Part shown: positions 20,278-30,570 of the stretch, piece by piece
Numbering within the stretch: position 1 is the stretch's first letter
Layout: each line of letters opens with the position of its first letter
DNA from: Candidatus Latescibacterota bacterium
GTDB lineage: Bacteria > Latescibacterota > UBA2968
DNA length: 64,000 nt
Direction: 5' to 3'
Assembly (NCBI GenBank): GCA_965207885.1
Contig: OZ242311.1
Location: 5,472,001-5,536,000 of the forward strand
Notes under the pieces: generated by a model
Told to the model about the DNA's origin: nothing
Database searches by the model: none
Seen by the model: the letters and a program-made list of their open reading frames with translations, nothing else
Translations under genes and position numbers: made by a program

Positions 20278-23200
20278 TTAATCCGCAGCCTGAGCCGGGT
20301 CATCCCCCCATCGCTCAGACCTCTGGAAACTCACCGCGGCAATCCGTTTCAATGACCCGCGCAAATCATCCAGTAAAACGTAAAACAGGGGAACCACAAA
20401 TAGCGTCAACGCCGTTGACACAATCAGCCCGCCCATCATCGTAATCCCCAGCGGCGCGTAGGGCATTCCCATCATCGTACTGCTGCCAATCGCCATGGGA
20501 AACAACCCGAACACCGTCGTGCAGGTCGTCATCAAAATAGGGCGAAAGCGATTGTGACCCGCCGCCATAATTGCCGCCGCGCGATCCATACCCGTCTGGC
20601 GCAACCGATTGATCATATCGACCAATACAATCGCATTGTTGACCACCACCCCAATCAGCACAATCGCCCCCACATTTGACATAAAATCCATCGTCGTACC
20701 CGTCAACCACAACCCCCAGTACACCCCCAAAAACGAAAATGGAATAGAAAAAATCACGGCAAAAGGCAAAATAACCGACTCAAACAACACGCCCATCAGC
20801 AAAAACACAAACACGACCGCCATAATCACGGCAAATGTCATCGCCTGACTTTCCCGGCTGTATTGCGAATGCCGCTCGCCTTTGTTCCACTCATACCCCC
20901 TCGGCAGCGTGAACCCCTCCATCACCCGATCGACCTCCTGATACAACCCTTCCACATCATCTTTGGTCGTATAAACGCGCACGCGCAACCGATTGCGACC
21001 ATTATGCCTGAAAATATGTCCTGGACCTTTGGCCACTTCAAAAGTTGCAAAACTCGACAAAGGCAGCTTTTCACCCGAATCGGTCACAAACATAAAATTC
21101 TTCAACTGCACCAGCGACTGCCGGTCGGATTCATCCAAAATCAGTTGCACATTCACCTCGTGATCATCCGTCTGAAACCGCGGCAAAGTCGCACCGCGCA
21201 GTTGATATGCCAGCGTGCGGCTGATCCGCTCTGCCGGAATACCGTGCTTTTTCGCCTGTGCGCGGTTCACGCGAATGCGAATCTCGTCTTTGCCAAACTC
21301 CAGATCGCTTTGCAAACTCGTCACCGATGGAATCTGCTGCAACCGCCGCTCCACTTCCCCCAGCATATCTTCTAATTTTTCGAAATCAGGACCGTACAAA
21401 TACACGCCCACATAGGGATCTCTCCCACCCGAATTTCTGGATTCCACAGCAACCCGAAATCCCACATAGCGCGGCACCTCCTTATTCAACTCGTCAATAA
21501 TCTCTTGTCGCGTCATCCACCGCTCAATAGGCAAGCCGATCACTCCACCTGCCCAGCGATACACAGCATACCACCACTCTTGATGGGGATCCTCCTCGAG
21601 ATTCATTCGCAAATTGATATACCCACGCCGAAAATACGTCATAACATTTCTGATTTTATACCTATCCCGACGCTCATTTACATACACTTCCAGATCGCTC
21701 GCAATTTTATCCATCTCTTCCAGCGAAAAATTTCTGGGACCATACATGCGAATGGTCACGCGATTCGAAGAAAAACGCATCTGATCGGTCTTCTTCACAT
21801 TCTGATATGGAAAATAAATGGTGGCAAACAAAACCAGCACCACGAGAAACGCATCTCGTCGATGGTGAATAACCCAGTTCAAACCGCGCCGATAAATGCG
21901 GCGGACAAAAGCGATGGACTTTGGATCTGACCGCACAACCGCATCGCCAAAGCGCTGGGCAGCCAGGGGAATAAACAACAGCGCCACAAACAGAGAAGCC
22001 ACCAGCGCAAACACCACGGGCATCCCAATTTTCGACAGCAGAAACTTCATATCAAAGCTGTCATTCATCAGCATCATCGGCAAAAACACCACCACAGTGG
22101 TCAGCGTCGCCATCGTAATCGCCAGCCCCACCTCGCTGGCCCCGTGTATAGATGCACCGCGCGGCTCTTCCCCCTCTGCCCGCAAGCGATAAATATTCTC
22201 CACAATCACAATCGCATTATCCACCACCATACCCACCCCCACCATCAACCCCATCATCGTCAACAAATTGAGCGACCAACCCATAAAATAAAGCACGGTA
22301 ATCGTCATCATCACACACAGCGGAATGGACAGCGTAATCAGTGCCGTCATACGCAAAGCACGCAGAAAAAACAACAACACCAGCGCCGCAAACAATCCGC
22401 CCCAAAGGCCCGTAACTTTCAAATTGTCCATCGAATCTTCTATCAGCTTGCCCTCGCTGTAAAACAGGCGAAACACCGCAGGCGTATTGGCCTCAATCTC
22501 CTCCATTTTGACCACAATGCGCTTGCACAAATCGACGATATTCTCACCCGACTCCTTATACACATCCAAACCCAAATTGCGCTGCCCATCCACGCGCCAC
22601 ACCCGGTCTCTCGGCGGCGCAGCATACACCACATCAGCCACATCCTTCAGACGCACCTGCGCACTGCTATAACGGCCCTGAACAACAATATCCTCGATCT
22701 CCTTCAGGCTTTGATAATGCGCCAGAGACCGCACGTAAAACCGCTTACCGCCCTCCTGCACCTGACCGCCAGACAGGGAAAAATTGTCCTGCTGCAACGA
22801 CGCCACAAGCTCGTGGGTTTCAATACCGTGCGTCCGCAACCGCTCTTGATCCACCAGAATCAAAACCTCCTTGTTCTCAAACCCCCACACGCTGGTCTTT
22901 GCCACACCATCGACCCGCTCAATAGGATCGAGAACATGGGTTTGAACCCATTGCTCCTTATCGACAATATCCTCCGGAATAGATAGCCCCGTCCAGATCA
23001 CCTCGGAATCGGTTTCCTGATTCCACGAATACACCTTGATCTGATCGCGCACTTCCTCGGGCAAATCGAGCCTGGCGTGCTCGAGCCGATCTGCCACGCG
23101 AACATACGCCTCGCGCATATCCGTGCCCCGGTGAAATTTCAACTCAACCCCTGCCCACGGATCGCCGGCAAAAGCGTAAATATCGCTGAGTTCTCTCACC

Positions 23201-23448
23201 GTACGCATATGTCGTTCCATCGGCAGCGCAATGGTGTTAAACCGCTCTTGAACCGACGCATTTTCTGTGGCCACATCCACCCAAAACCGATTCCAGTCAT
23301 TGCCCGACGCCCAGGCCTGAATGGGAATGCGCCAATAAGCCACCAGCCCAATCACCATCAACCCCACCAAACACATCGTCACGGTCACCGGCCTCGTCAC
23401 CGAAATCCTGGGTAAAAGCGATGTTCTCTTCTCATTCTTCTCAACCAT
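20278..23448 (-). CDS. RND efflux permease (AcrB/AcrD/AcrF family)
   Basis: 1056 aa; RPVT, GMVVDNAIVIVEN, GVVVNNAIVLVD and RFRPILMT motifs. Confidence 0.92.
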   Translation of the reverse strand: MVEKNEKRTSLLPRISVTRPVTVTMCLVGLMVIGLVAYWRIPIQAWASGNDWNRFWVDVATENASVQERFNTIALPMERHMRTVRELSDIYAFAGDPWAGVELKFHRGTDMREAYVRVADRLEHARLDLPEEVRDQIKVYSWNQETDSEVIWTGLSIPEDIVDKEQWVQTHVLDPIERVDGVAKTSVWGFENKEVLILVDQERLRTHGIETHELVASLQQDNFSLSGGQVQEGGKRFYVRSLAHYQSLKEIEDIVVQGRYSSAQVRLKDVADVVYAAPPRDRVWRVDGQRNLGLDVYKESGENIVDLCKRIVVKMEEIEANTPAVFRLFYSEGKLIEDSMDNLKVTGLWGGLFAALVLLFFLRALRMTALITLSIPLCVMMTITVLYFMGWSLNLLTMMGLMVGVGMVVDNAIVIVENIYRLRAEGEEPRGASIHGASEVGLAITMATLTTVVVFLPMMLMNDSFDMKFLLSKIGMPVVFALVASLFVALLFIPLAAQRFGDAVVRSDPKSIAFVRRIYRRGLNWVIHHRRDAFLVVLVLFATIYFPYQNVKKTDQMRFSSNRVTIRMYGPRNFSLEEMDKIASDLEVYVNERRDRYKIRNVMTYFRRGYINLRMNLEEDPHQEWWYAVYRWAGGVIGLPIERWMTRQEIIDELNKEVPRYVGFRVAVESRNSGGRDPYVGVYLYGPDFEKLEDMLGEVERRLQQIPSVTSLQSDLEFGKDEIRIRVNRAQAKKHGIPAERISRTLAYQLRGATLPRFQTDDHEVNVQLILDESDRQSLVQLKNFMFVTDSGEKLPLSSFATFEVAKGPGHIFRHNGRNRLRVRVYTTKDDVEGLYQEVDRVMEGFTLPRGYEWNKGERHSQYSRESQAMTFAVIMAVVFVFLLMGVLFESVILPFAVIFSIPFSFLGVYWGLWLTGTTMDFMSNVGAIVLIGVVVNNAIVLVDMINRLRQTGMDRAAAIMAAGHNRFRPILMTTCTTVFGLFPMAIGSSTMMGMPYAPLGITMMGGLIVSTALTLFVVPLFYVLLDDLRGSLKRIAAVSFQRSERWGDDPAQAAD

Positions 23449-23528
23449 CTATATCCTCCGAATGGTATCCCATCTCTCACCTCTCACCTATATAGACACA
23501 CCCCAGAACCATCCGGTTTTCTTTTGGG

Positions 23529-23555
23529 CAAAAAAAAATCCGCATATGCGGATTG
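23529..23555 (-). terminator. Intrinsic terminator after the aspartic protease gene
   Basis: AATCCGC-ATAT-GCGGATT stem followed by a U-tract on the minus strand. Confidence 0.6.
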
Positions 23556-23603
23556 TAGAATTCATAAATAATTTTTAATGTCCTATACCTCAGCTCACTA
23601 ATC

Positions 23604-23981
23604 TCACCGAGAACTATCAAGCCTCGCTAAAAGCATCGGCAAAGACCGAAGTTCTCGTCTCAGAGGATCCAGAACATAACCCAGAGCTTCAAGAGTAACA
23701 ACGCCCAGGAGATTGCTATCGCCGGGTTCACCAAAAATAACAGGTGCTGCACCCAGATGTTCTTTGTAGCGAAACAGCGCATCGCCCAACTCGCGTTCAA
23801 TTTGATCGCCATTTGCCAGCGTAAAAGTTCGACGAGAATGCGGCTGAATACCCAATGCCTCAAGAACAGATCGCTGGACCACGGAATAGACCGCACCTGA
23901 GTCAATCAAAAAATGCTCGGTCTGAAAGTCCTCTGAGCGAGCGGGATTGGCGATATCAATGTCGAGAAATACGAGTCCCAT
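23604..23981 (-). CDS. Clan AA (retropepsin-like) aspartic protease
   Basis: FLIDSGAVYS and LLGVVTLE motifs. Confidence 0.85.
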   Translation of the reverse strand: MGLVFLDIDIANPARSEDFQTEHFLIDSGAVYSVVQRSVLEALGIQPHSRRTFTLANGDQIERELGDALFRYKEHLGAAPVIFGEPGDSNLLGVVTLEALGYVLDPLRRELRSLPMLLARLDSSR

Positions 23982-24037
23982 ACTTTTAATAATATCCTAT
24001 TTTTTCATCTGAGTCAACCGCGTGTGTTTACATTTCC

Positions 24038-24826
24038 CTACGGCGTGCCCCTTCGCCCGCCGCCATCCATATAAATCGAACTCCCAAACACATAAGAACA
24101 CGCCTCAGACGCCAAAAAAGCAACGACATTGGCGATCTCTTCAGGCTCGGCCATGCGCCCGGCGGGCAACTCCGCGCCCAGATCTTTGAGCACTGACTCG
24201 ACATCTCGCCCCTCGCGGTCTGCCCGCGCCTTTTGCTGTGAGCGTGCGCGAGGCGTATTCGTCAGCCCAGGACAAACCGCATTCACCAGAACACCATCGC
24301 CAGACACCGCATCGGACAGCGCGCGCGTCATATTCAAAATGACCGCATTGGCCGCCCCCGTCGGAATATTGCCCCGCGTAGGACTCGTGCCCGCGCCACC
24401 CGCGACATTGACAATGCGCCCCCATCCACTTTCTCGCATCAGCGGAATCACCAGTTGCGCCATCCGCAAATAACTATAGCTCTTCAATTCCAACGCCTCG
24501 CTAATCTGCGCCACATCTAAATCCAAAATATCGGCATTGCACGCAGCCCCCACATTATTGACCAGAACATCCACCCCTCCAAACGCATCTATAGCCTCAT
24601 TCACCACCACCTCGCAATTCTCTCCCAGCATCAAATCGACCGCAACCGCATGCCCTTCTCCACCTGCTGCATCGATCTCGGCAACCACCGCATCCAACGT
24701 CTCCCGTGTACGCGCCGCAATACACACACGCGCCCCTTCCCGCGCCAACGCCAGCGCGCAGCAACGCCCAATCCCCTGACTGCCACCCGTAACAACCGCC
24801 CGTTTTCCTCTCAATCCCAAATCCAT
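24038..24826 (-). CDS. SDR-family oxidoreductase
   Basis: TGGSQGIG, LVNNVG, VNAVCPG and MDGG motifs. Confidence 0.88.
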   Translation of the reverse strand: MDLGLRGKRAVVTGGSQGIGRCCALALAREGARVCIAARTRETLDAVVAEIDAAGGEGHAVAVDLMLGENCEVVVNEAIDAFGGVDVLVNNVGAACNADILDLDVAQISEALELKSYSYLRMAQLVIPLMRESGWGRIVNVAGGAGTSPTRGNIPTGAANAVILNMTRALSDAVSGDGVLVNAVCPGLTNTPRARSQQKARADREGRDVESVLKDLGAELPAGRMAEPEEIANVVAFLASEACSYVFGSSIYMDGGGRRGTP

Positions 24827-24838
24827 CTCACACCCCGT

Positions 24839-25618
24839 TTATTCAATTTCCCCTCGGATCCCATCCCACTCTCGCCAAATATCCATAAACACATCCTTGC
24901 CGTTCTCCCCGATATCGACATGCCTTGCCCTGAAAATCACGGCATACCGGATATCTGGACACGCATTAATCGCCGCCGTGTGAATAATCTGATGATGCGC
25001 CAGAATAAGATCGCCAGGCTCGCCGGTCAACTGCACCGGCCCCTCGGGCACCGTCACATCGGGCATATAATTCAACAAAATCTCATGCCCTCTTTCCCGA
25101 AACACATCCTCCATCACATGATGTGACTTTGGCCAAACCGTAAAATTGCCGCAGTACGACGCGGGCACATCATCCAGATACACCACAGCAAAAGCCGTAA
25201 AATCCCGACTATAACCGCTCTCTTCAACCGTCCCCCTCAAAAAATCGCGCGCCTTTGCAATCCCATCCAGATGACCACCCGTTCGCAATGGCGGACCCGC
25301 AGTCGCGAGTTCGGGATCCCGTTGCGGCGTTCCAACCCCCGCGGGAAAATTCAGCTTCACAGCACCGTGGCCCTGGCGTTGCAAATTCCCCTTGCCCAAA
25401 GCCGATTCGAGCAATGAAAACACCGGCGTCTCGTTAAACATATCCGTAATCACCGGCATCGCGCGAATATCCCCAAAAGAACGCCTATCGCCCTTCCCAA
25501 TCTCCGCATTAATCGCCTGCCGCGCCGCCTCCACCATCACCCCTGGCACAGCCCCTTCGATTTTCAAAAAACCCTCTCTGTAAAATTCCAACTTCTGAGA
25601 CTTCGTCAGTTCCATCAC
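24839..25618 (-). CDS. PhyH-family Fe(II)/2OG dioxygenase
   Basis: HLD...H triad; GNFTVWPKSH. Confidence 0.85.
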   Translation of the reverse strand: MMELTKSQKLEFYREGFLKIEGAVPGVMVEAARQAINAEIGKGDRRSFGDIRAMPVITDMFNETPVFSLLESALGKGNLQRQGHGAVKLNFPAGVGTPQRDPELATAGPPLRTGGHLDGIAKARDFLRGTVEESGYSRDFTAFAVVYLDDVPASYCGNFTVWPKSHHVMEDVFRERGHEILLNYMPDVTVPEGPVQLTGEPGDLILAHHQIIHTAAINACPDIRYAVIFRARHVDIGENGKDVFMDIWREWDGIRGEIE

Positions 25619-25625
25619 ACTCTCC

Positions 25626-26387
25626 TCACGGTGACCACAGACCCCAATCTTCCGTCTTCTTCCAGCGGGTCTGACATCCTTGGCAAGAGCAAAAATACCG
25701 CATCATCCAGCGCGGATGCCCACCCACATTTGCCGTGCCATTATGTCCAAACAAATAAGTAAAAAACAACACATCCCCGCGTTTTGGCGTTAACTCAATC
25801 GGATCGCCCAAATCCAGCCTGGGAATATCCCGATTCAGGTGAAACAGGTATTTGTACTTTTCTCGATCCGACTCTGCAAGCGCGAGAATCTTTCGATGCG
25901 AACCGGGAAAAATCGCCGTCCCACCCCCTTTATGTTTCACATCGCTCAAAAATACCAGACTCGCAATGCGATAAGGACCGGGAAACGTCTCGTGCATGTG
26001 TTCTTTGGGAATGCCATCGACGTGCGCCCTGGGCAAAGACCACTCTCCATTGACCGGAACTTTATTCTGCGTGTGAACCGCTTCAGGTGGATGCACATCA
26101 TCTTCGCCGATCAACTCAGCCGTCGCCTTCAAATAGTGCGGCGTTACACAGGCCATCAAATCCCGATCGCGAAGACCGTTGAACACCGACAGTCCCCGCG
26201 CAGCCTGAAAACCATCAACACCTTCGGGTTTTCGATGCCAGGTCTCAGGCTCATCCGGCACCATACCCATAATCCGCCACATCGCCTCTTCTGCTCTTTC
26301 CGCCACATCTTCGGGAATCAAACCCGACGCCAGAAGATACCCATCTCTTTCGTATTGCGCGCGTTGCGCCTCCGTCAAAACACCCAT
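25626..26387 (-). CDS. PhyH-family Fe(II)/2OG dioxygenase
   Basis: HVD...H triad; GGTAIFPGSH. Confidence 0.85.
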   Translation of the reverse strand: MGVLTEAQRAQYERDGYLLASGLIPEDVAERAEEAMWRIMGMVPDEPETWHRKPEGVDGFQAARGLSVFNGLRDRDLMACVTPHYLKATAELIGEDDVHPPEAVHTQNKVPVNGEWSLPRAHVDGIPKEHMHETFPGPYRIASLVFLSDVKHKGGGTAIFPGSHRKILALAESDREKYKYLFHLNRDIPRLDLGDPIELTPKRGDVLFFTYLFGHNGTANVGGHPRWMMRYFCSCQGCQTRWKKTEDWGLWSP

Positions 26388-26407
26388 GGGATTCCTCCAT
26401 CAATCCT

Positions 26408-27268
26408 TCAATTCCACGACGTCACACCCAACAACTTCTCACCCAATTCCGTCAACTTCGCCGGCTCCTGCGTCTTGTGTTCCCAATCCCTCGGATCACC
26501 CGGCCAGCGGGGCGTGGGCCTGCAATCTCGCCATGCCTGAATGCGCTCTTCCCGCTCTGCCTCTCCCCGACCCTCTGCCGGCGACATCGTAATATACTGC
26601 GCCAAACGGGGCCTATCCGAGCGATTGTGCCCATTGCCGTGTGCCAGCAACCGATGCCAGATCAAAAGATCGCCCGCCCTGCCCGGAATCGACTTCACTT
26701 CCAGATCATCCAGATTGGGTCGCCGGGGATCGCGATCCTCTGGCTGCGTCTTGACCCACTCCTCAAAAATATTATTAAACCCCGGCACACACTGAAACCC
26801 GCCCTGATCCTCTGAAGTATCCGTCAAATACAACACCCCCTGCACCCCAAAAGGCACTTTGGGCACAGACGTATCCGTATCCCAGTGAATCATGCCCTCA
26901 TTTTGCCAATCGGGTTTATCCGCCCGCGAAGGCGGCTTCATATTCGCGCGATCCAGGGACACCCACAACTTTTCCGTACCCCAAATTTCGGAAAACGCCT
27001 GATGCAAGCGGGGATACTGCCGGTTATCCCACAACGCCTGATGCTGGTAAATCTCCACCATCCCCGATGCCGCAATCATCGAACACGGATTCCCGCGCGT
27101 ATAGGGTTTGTACTTGTACCAATCCTCCGGATTATCGCGATCCATCTCCAAAAATGTCCAGACCGTATCCACCATCGCATCCAAATTTTCCTGCGGCACC
27201 GCATTGTGTACCACCACATACCCATTCTCCCGCCAAAAATCCCAATCCTTCTCGCTCAAAACTGGCAT
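26408..27268 (-). CDS. PhyH-family Fe(II)/2OG dioxygenase
   Basis: HWD...H triad; GGFQCVPG. Confidence 0.88.
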   Translation of the reverse strand: MPVLSEKDWDFWRENGYVVVHNAVPQENLDAMVDTVWTFLEMDRDNPEDWYKYKPYTRGNPCSMIAASGMVEIYQHQALWDNRQYPRLHQAFSEIWGTEKLWVSLDRANMKPPSRADKPDWQNEGMIHWDTDTSVPKVPFGVQGVLYLTDTSEDQGGFQCVPGFNNIFEEWVKTQPEDRDPRRPNLDDLEVKSIPGRAGDLLIWHRLLAHGNGHNRSDRPRLAQYITMSPAEGRGEAEREERIQAWRDCRPTPRWPGDPRDWEHKTQEPAKLTELGEKLLGVTSWN

Positions 27269-27303
27269 CTTTGTTCTCCTTTTCTTTGAAGTACTCCCCG
27301 CAC

Positions 27304-27364
27304 CTTCACCCTTCTCACTTCACCCTTCTCACTTCACCCTTCTCACTTCACCCTTCTCACTTCA
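27304..27364. repeat. Tandem 14-bp (2x7) repeat CTTCACCCTTCTCA, about 4.4 copies
   Basis: Units start at 27304, 27318, 27332 and 27346; the array overlaps the stop of the upstream gene. Confidence 0.9.
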
Positions 27365-28245
27365 GCCCCCGCAGTCTTCTCCGCCACCTTAATCGACGCT
27401 GTCTGATCTTCATCGCCCAACCCCATCCCCATCGCTATAGTCTGAATCTGATACGCAGCTGCGCCCATCAAATTTGTCGCCCCCAGTGAAGCGGCCATCT
27501 GTGCAGCCAACCCGAGATCCTTATGCGACAATCTCAGCTTAAAATAGGGATCAAAATTTCGCACCAGGGCGCGGCGCTTAAAACTCCCCTGCAAATGCGA
27601 CGAATTTGCAGCCGTATTCGACATCACATTCCACAACACACCCACATCCAATCCCGCGGCAGCACCCATCGCAAAAGCCTCACCCAACAGCGTAGCAACC
27701 GAACACGACACCAGATTATTGACCAGCTTAGTCGTCACACCCATGCCCAACTCACCACAATAAAACTGCTCATCGCCCAGAGTATCCAGCACATCTTGCA
27801 CAGACGCCACCACATCGGCATCGCCGCCAATCATCAGCGTCAATCCACCCCGTGCCGCATCTGCCGGCCCCTTGCCCACGGGCACATCCAGCATATACCC
27901 GCCCTTTTCCGCTATAACCCTGCCAACCTTGCGCGTCGTATCCGGGTCAATCGAACTCATATCAATATAAACCTGCCCCTCCGACAACCCGGAAACAATA
28001 CCATCCGGTCCCAAAGCGACTTGCTCAACAGCCTGTGGCGTCGGCAGCGAAGAAATAACAACCTCCGACTGCTCGGCAACCGCCCGGGGCGTATTCACCC
28101 CCGTAGCCCCCTTCTCCTGCAAAACCTGCACCGCTTCATCGCGCAAATCGTGAACCGCAACATCATAGCCATTCGCAACCAAATGACTCGCCATCCCACC
28201 ACCCATCATCCCAAGCCCCACATATCCCAATTTTCGTTTCACCAT
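27343..28245 (-). CDS. Beta-hydroxyacid dehydrogenase (3-hydroxyisobutyrate dehydrogenase/tartronate semialdehyde reductase family)
   Basis: GLGMMG, DMSSI, DVPV, KLVNN and KDL motifs. Confidence 0.88.
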   Translation of the reverse strand: MVKRKLGYVGLGMMGGGMASHLVANGYDVAVHDLRDEAVQVLQEKGATGVNTPRAVAEQSEVVISSLPTPQAVEQVALGPDGIVSGLSEGQVYIDMSSIDPDTTRKVGRVIAEKGGYMLDVPVGKGPADAARGGLTLMIGGDADVVASVQDVLDTLGDEQFYCGELGMGVTTKLVNNLVSCSVATLLGEAFAMGAAAGLDVGVLWNVMSNTAANSSHLQGSFKRRALVRNFDPYFKLRLSHKDLGLAAQMAASLGATNLMGAAAYQIQTIAMGMGLGDEDQTASIKVAEKTAGAEVRRVK

Positions 28246-28268
28246 CTCACCTCTTCAAATGCTAAATG

Positions 28269-28742
28269 TTAATCATCTCTCGGAGCCGGATGGATCGGAT
28301 CCACCCAATACACCTTCTCCGGCTCTTCAACAACCGGAATATCCAGATTCACCACCACAGGCTCCTGATCGCTGCGCACCAGCACGCACTCCAAAGGCTC
28401 ATCCGCACTGGCATTGATCTCCTGATGCGGCACATAGGGTGGCACATAAATAAAATCACCCGGACCCGCCTCTGCCACATACTCCAACTGATCGCCCCAC
28501 CGCATGCGCGCCCTCCCGCTCACCACATAAATCACACTCTCCAGCGCCCCGTGATGATGCGCCCCGGTCTTTGCATTCGGATGAATCTCAACCGTACCCG
28601 CCCACAGCTTCTCGGCCCCTGCACTCGCGCGATTAATCGCCGCCGCCCGGGTCATCCCCGGTGTCTGTGGCGTATTAAAATCCAACTGATCGCCCGTCAC
28701 CACCCGCACCCCCTGATTTCGCCAATCCTTATTTTCTGACAT
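28269..28742 (-). CDS. Cupin domain protein
   Basis: HHHG..E and GDFIYVPPYVPHQE motifs. Confidence 0.88.
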   Translation of the reverse strand: MSENKDWRNQGVRVVTGDQLDFNTPQTPGMTRAAAINRASAGAEKLWAGTVEIHPNAKTGAHHHGALESVIYVVSGRARMRWGDQLEYVAEAGPGDFIYVPPYVPHQEINASADEPLECVLVRSDQEPVVVNLDIPVVEEPEKVYWVDPIHPAPRDD

Positions 28743-28762
28743 AACACCTCCATCCAGAGCGC

Positions 28763-30229
28763 CTATCCAATCGCCTCGCGCTCGCGCCAGCGATACATCC
28801 GCAAAGCCGGATCATTGGTCTCCACCATCCACTGCTGCAACCGCACCTTTAATCGCGCCAGATCATCGGCATAATCGGGATCATCAATCACATTATTCAT
28901 CTCATGGGGATCGTTCTTCAGATCGTACAACTCGTCCTGCCCCGTCAAATTGCACCCGTATTTCAAATCTCCCATACGCAGCATCTTCATCGACGTAGCC
29001 ACATTGCCCAAACCCAAAAACTCGGTCACCACAGCATCCCGCCAGTCCGTCGCCTCACCGCGAACAAGCGGCAAAAGCGACGCACCGTGAATCGCATCCC
29101 CATCGTAATCTCCACCAGCTAGATCCAAAATCGTGGGATACATATCCGCCAGCGAAGCAAACTCTGAAATGCGCGCTCCCGCATGCGAACCATCCGGCAG
29201 CCGGATAATCATCGGAACATGATGCGTCTCTTCAAAATGATGCCACCCCTTATCCAGCAACCCCCCGTGACTGCCCAGCGTCTCGCCGTGATCCGCCGTA
29301 AAAATCAGCACCGTATTGTCCAATTCCCCACTCGCCTTCAAATAATCGTACAACCGACCAATCTGACTGTCAATCATCGACACCCGCGCATAATAATAGC
29401 GCACCGCCATCGCCCAATCTTCCCACGTCAAATTCTCCTTATCCCAGTGAATCTTCAAATGATGCGGACCGGGAATCTCCCGCGAGGGCCACTCGTAATT
29501 TCCCCACGGCGGAATCTCCACATCCCGATACCAATCCACAAACTCTCCCGTCGCGTGATACGGCCCGTGCGGTCCCCAAAAATTCAAACTGATAAAATAC
29601 GGCAAATCGCGCTCCCGAAACGACCTGCTCATCTCAATCACATTATCCACCAGATAAGCCGGCACAGAAGCCTCAGTTGGTACAGTCAACTCACCCACCC
29701 CATTGCGGACCATCGTAGTCGCCTCAGCCCAGGGCTTCACGCCCGGCTCATAACCCTTTGCCCGCGCCCATGCCCGATAATCCGAATAACTCGAACCAGC
29801 CCCGCCGTGCCCGGCAAAATCCTGTCCTTCATATCCGATACGCGAAGGTGAAGATGGCCTATTCGACCCCTGAAATGTCTGCGTCTTCTCAGAACCGAGA
29901 TGCCACTTCCCCGTATATCCCGTCCCATAACCCGCCGCTTGCAGACGCCGCGACAAAAGTTCGGGCCGGTCCTCCAACTCGTGAACACTACACCCCACCT
30001 CGTGGATATTTGACGTAATGCCATGGGTATGCGGATACACACCCGTTTGCAGCGTCCCCCGCGTCGGACTACACACCGGATAAACCGTATAAGCATTCTC
30101 AAACAACACGCCCTCTGCTGCAAGGCGGTCAATATTCGGCGTACGACAAGGCGTCTCGCCATAAGCTCCCACGCCCGACAGACGATGTTGATCGGTCAAA
30201 ATAAAAATAATGTTGGGCCTATCAATCAT
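28763..30229 (-). CDS. Cys-type sulfatase (S1)
   Basis: RPNIIFILTDQ, CSPTR, GKWH and ADHG motifs; no signal peptide. Confidence 0.92.
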   Translation of the reverse strand: MIDRPNIIFILTDQHRLSGVGAYGETPCRTPNIDRLAAEGVLFENAYTVYPVCSPTRGTLQTGVYPHTHGITSNIHEVGCSVHELEDRPELLSRRLQAAGYGTGYTGKWHLGSEKTQTFQGSNRPSSPSRIGYEGQDFAGHGGAGSSYSDYRAWARAKGYEPGVKPWAEATTMVRNGVGELTVPTEASVPAYLVDNVIEMSRSFRERDLPYFISLNFWGPHGPYHATGEFVDWYRDVEIPPWGNYEWPSREIPGPHHLKIHWDKENLTWEDWAMAVRYYYARVSMIDSQIGRLYDYLKASGELDNTVLIFTADHGETLGSHGGLLDKGWHHFEETHHVPMIIRLPDGSHAGARISEFASLADMYPTILDLAGGDYDGDAIHGASLLPLVRGEATDWRDAVVTEFLGLGNVATSMKMLRMGDLKYGCNLTGQDELYDLKNDPHEMNNVIDDPDYADDLARLKVRLQQWMVETNDPALRMYRWREREAIG

Positions 30230-30242
30230 ACAATCGCTCCAC

Positions 30243-30271
30243 TTGACCTATAATCATTGAATGGTTATCGT
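30243..30271 (+). promoter_or_regulatory. Putative sigma70 promoter of the XRE gene
   Basis: TTGACC-N17-TATCGT. Confidence 0.45.
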
Positions 30272-30312
30272 TTAATATGAAAAATTGCTCAGAAATAGGA
30301 GACCATAAGACC

Positions 30313-30549
30313 ATGAATATCTTTGAAACCAACTGGTATCGAGATATAAAGTCTAAAATCATCCCTGGTGACAACCTTAGAATCTATCGCCAAAATCACA
30401 ATATGACTCAGGCCGAATTGGGCCGAAAATTGGGCAATATACCCCGTCAGCATATTTCCAACATGGAACGGGACCTACGCACAATCAGTCTGAAAAATGC
30501 GCGCAAATTAGCCGTCATCTTTGACGTATCTCCCGAGAAATTCATCTGA
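30313..30549 (+). CDS. XRE/HigA-like helix-turn-helix protein
   Basis: LRIYRQNHNMTQAELG...ISNMER; AGGAG SD favours ATG 30313 over 30277. Confidence 0.8.
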   Translation: MNIFETNWYRDIKSKIIPGDNLRIYRQNHNMTQAELGRKLGNIPRQHISNMERDLRTISLKNARKLAVIFDVSPEKFI

Positions 30550-30570
30550 ACTTTGTATCCAATGTACCCA

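Noticed and set aside
23604-23981. Retroelement or prophage, suggested by the retropepsin-like protease
   Set aside because: Solo clan AA proteases are common in bacteria; there is no reverse transcriptase, integrase or phage gene in the window.
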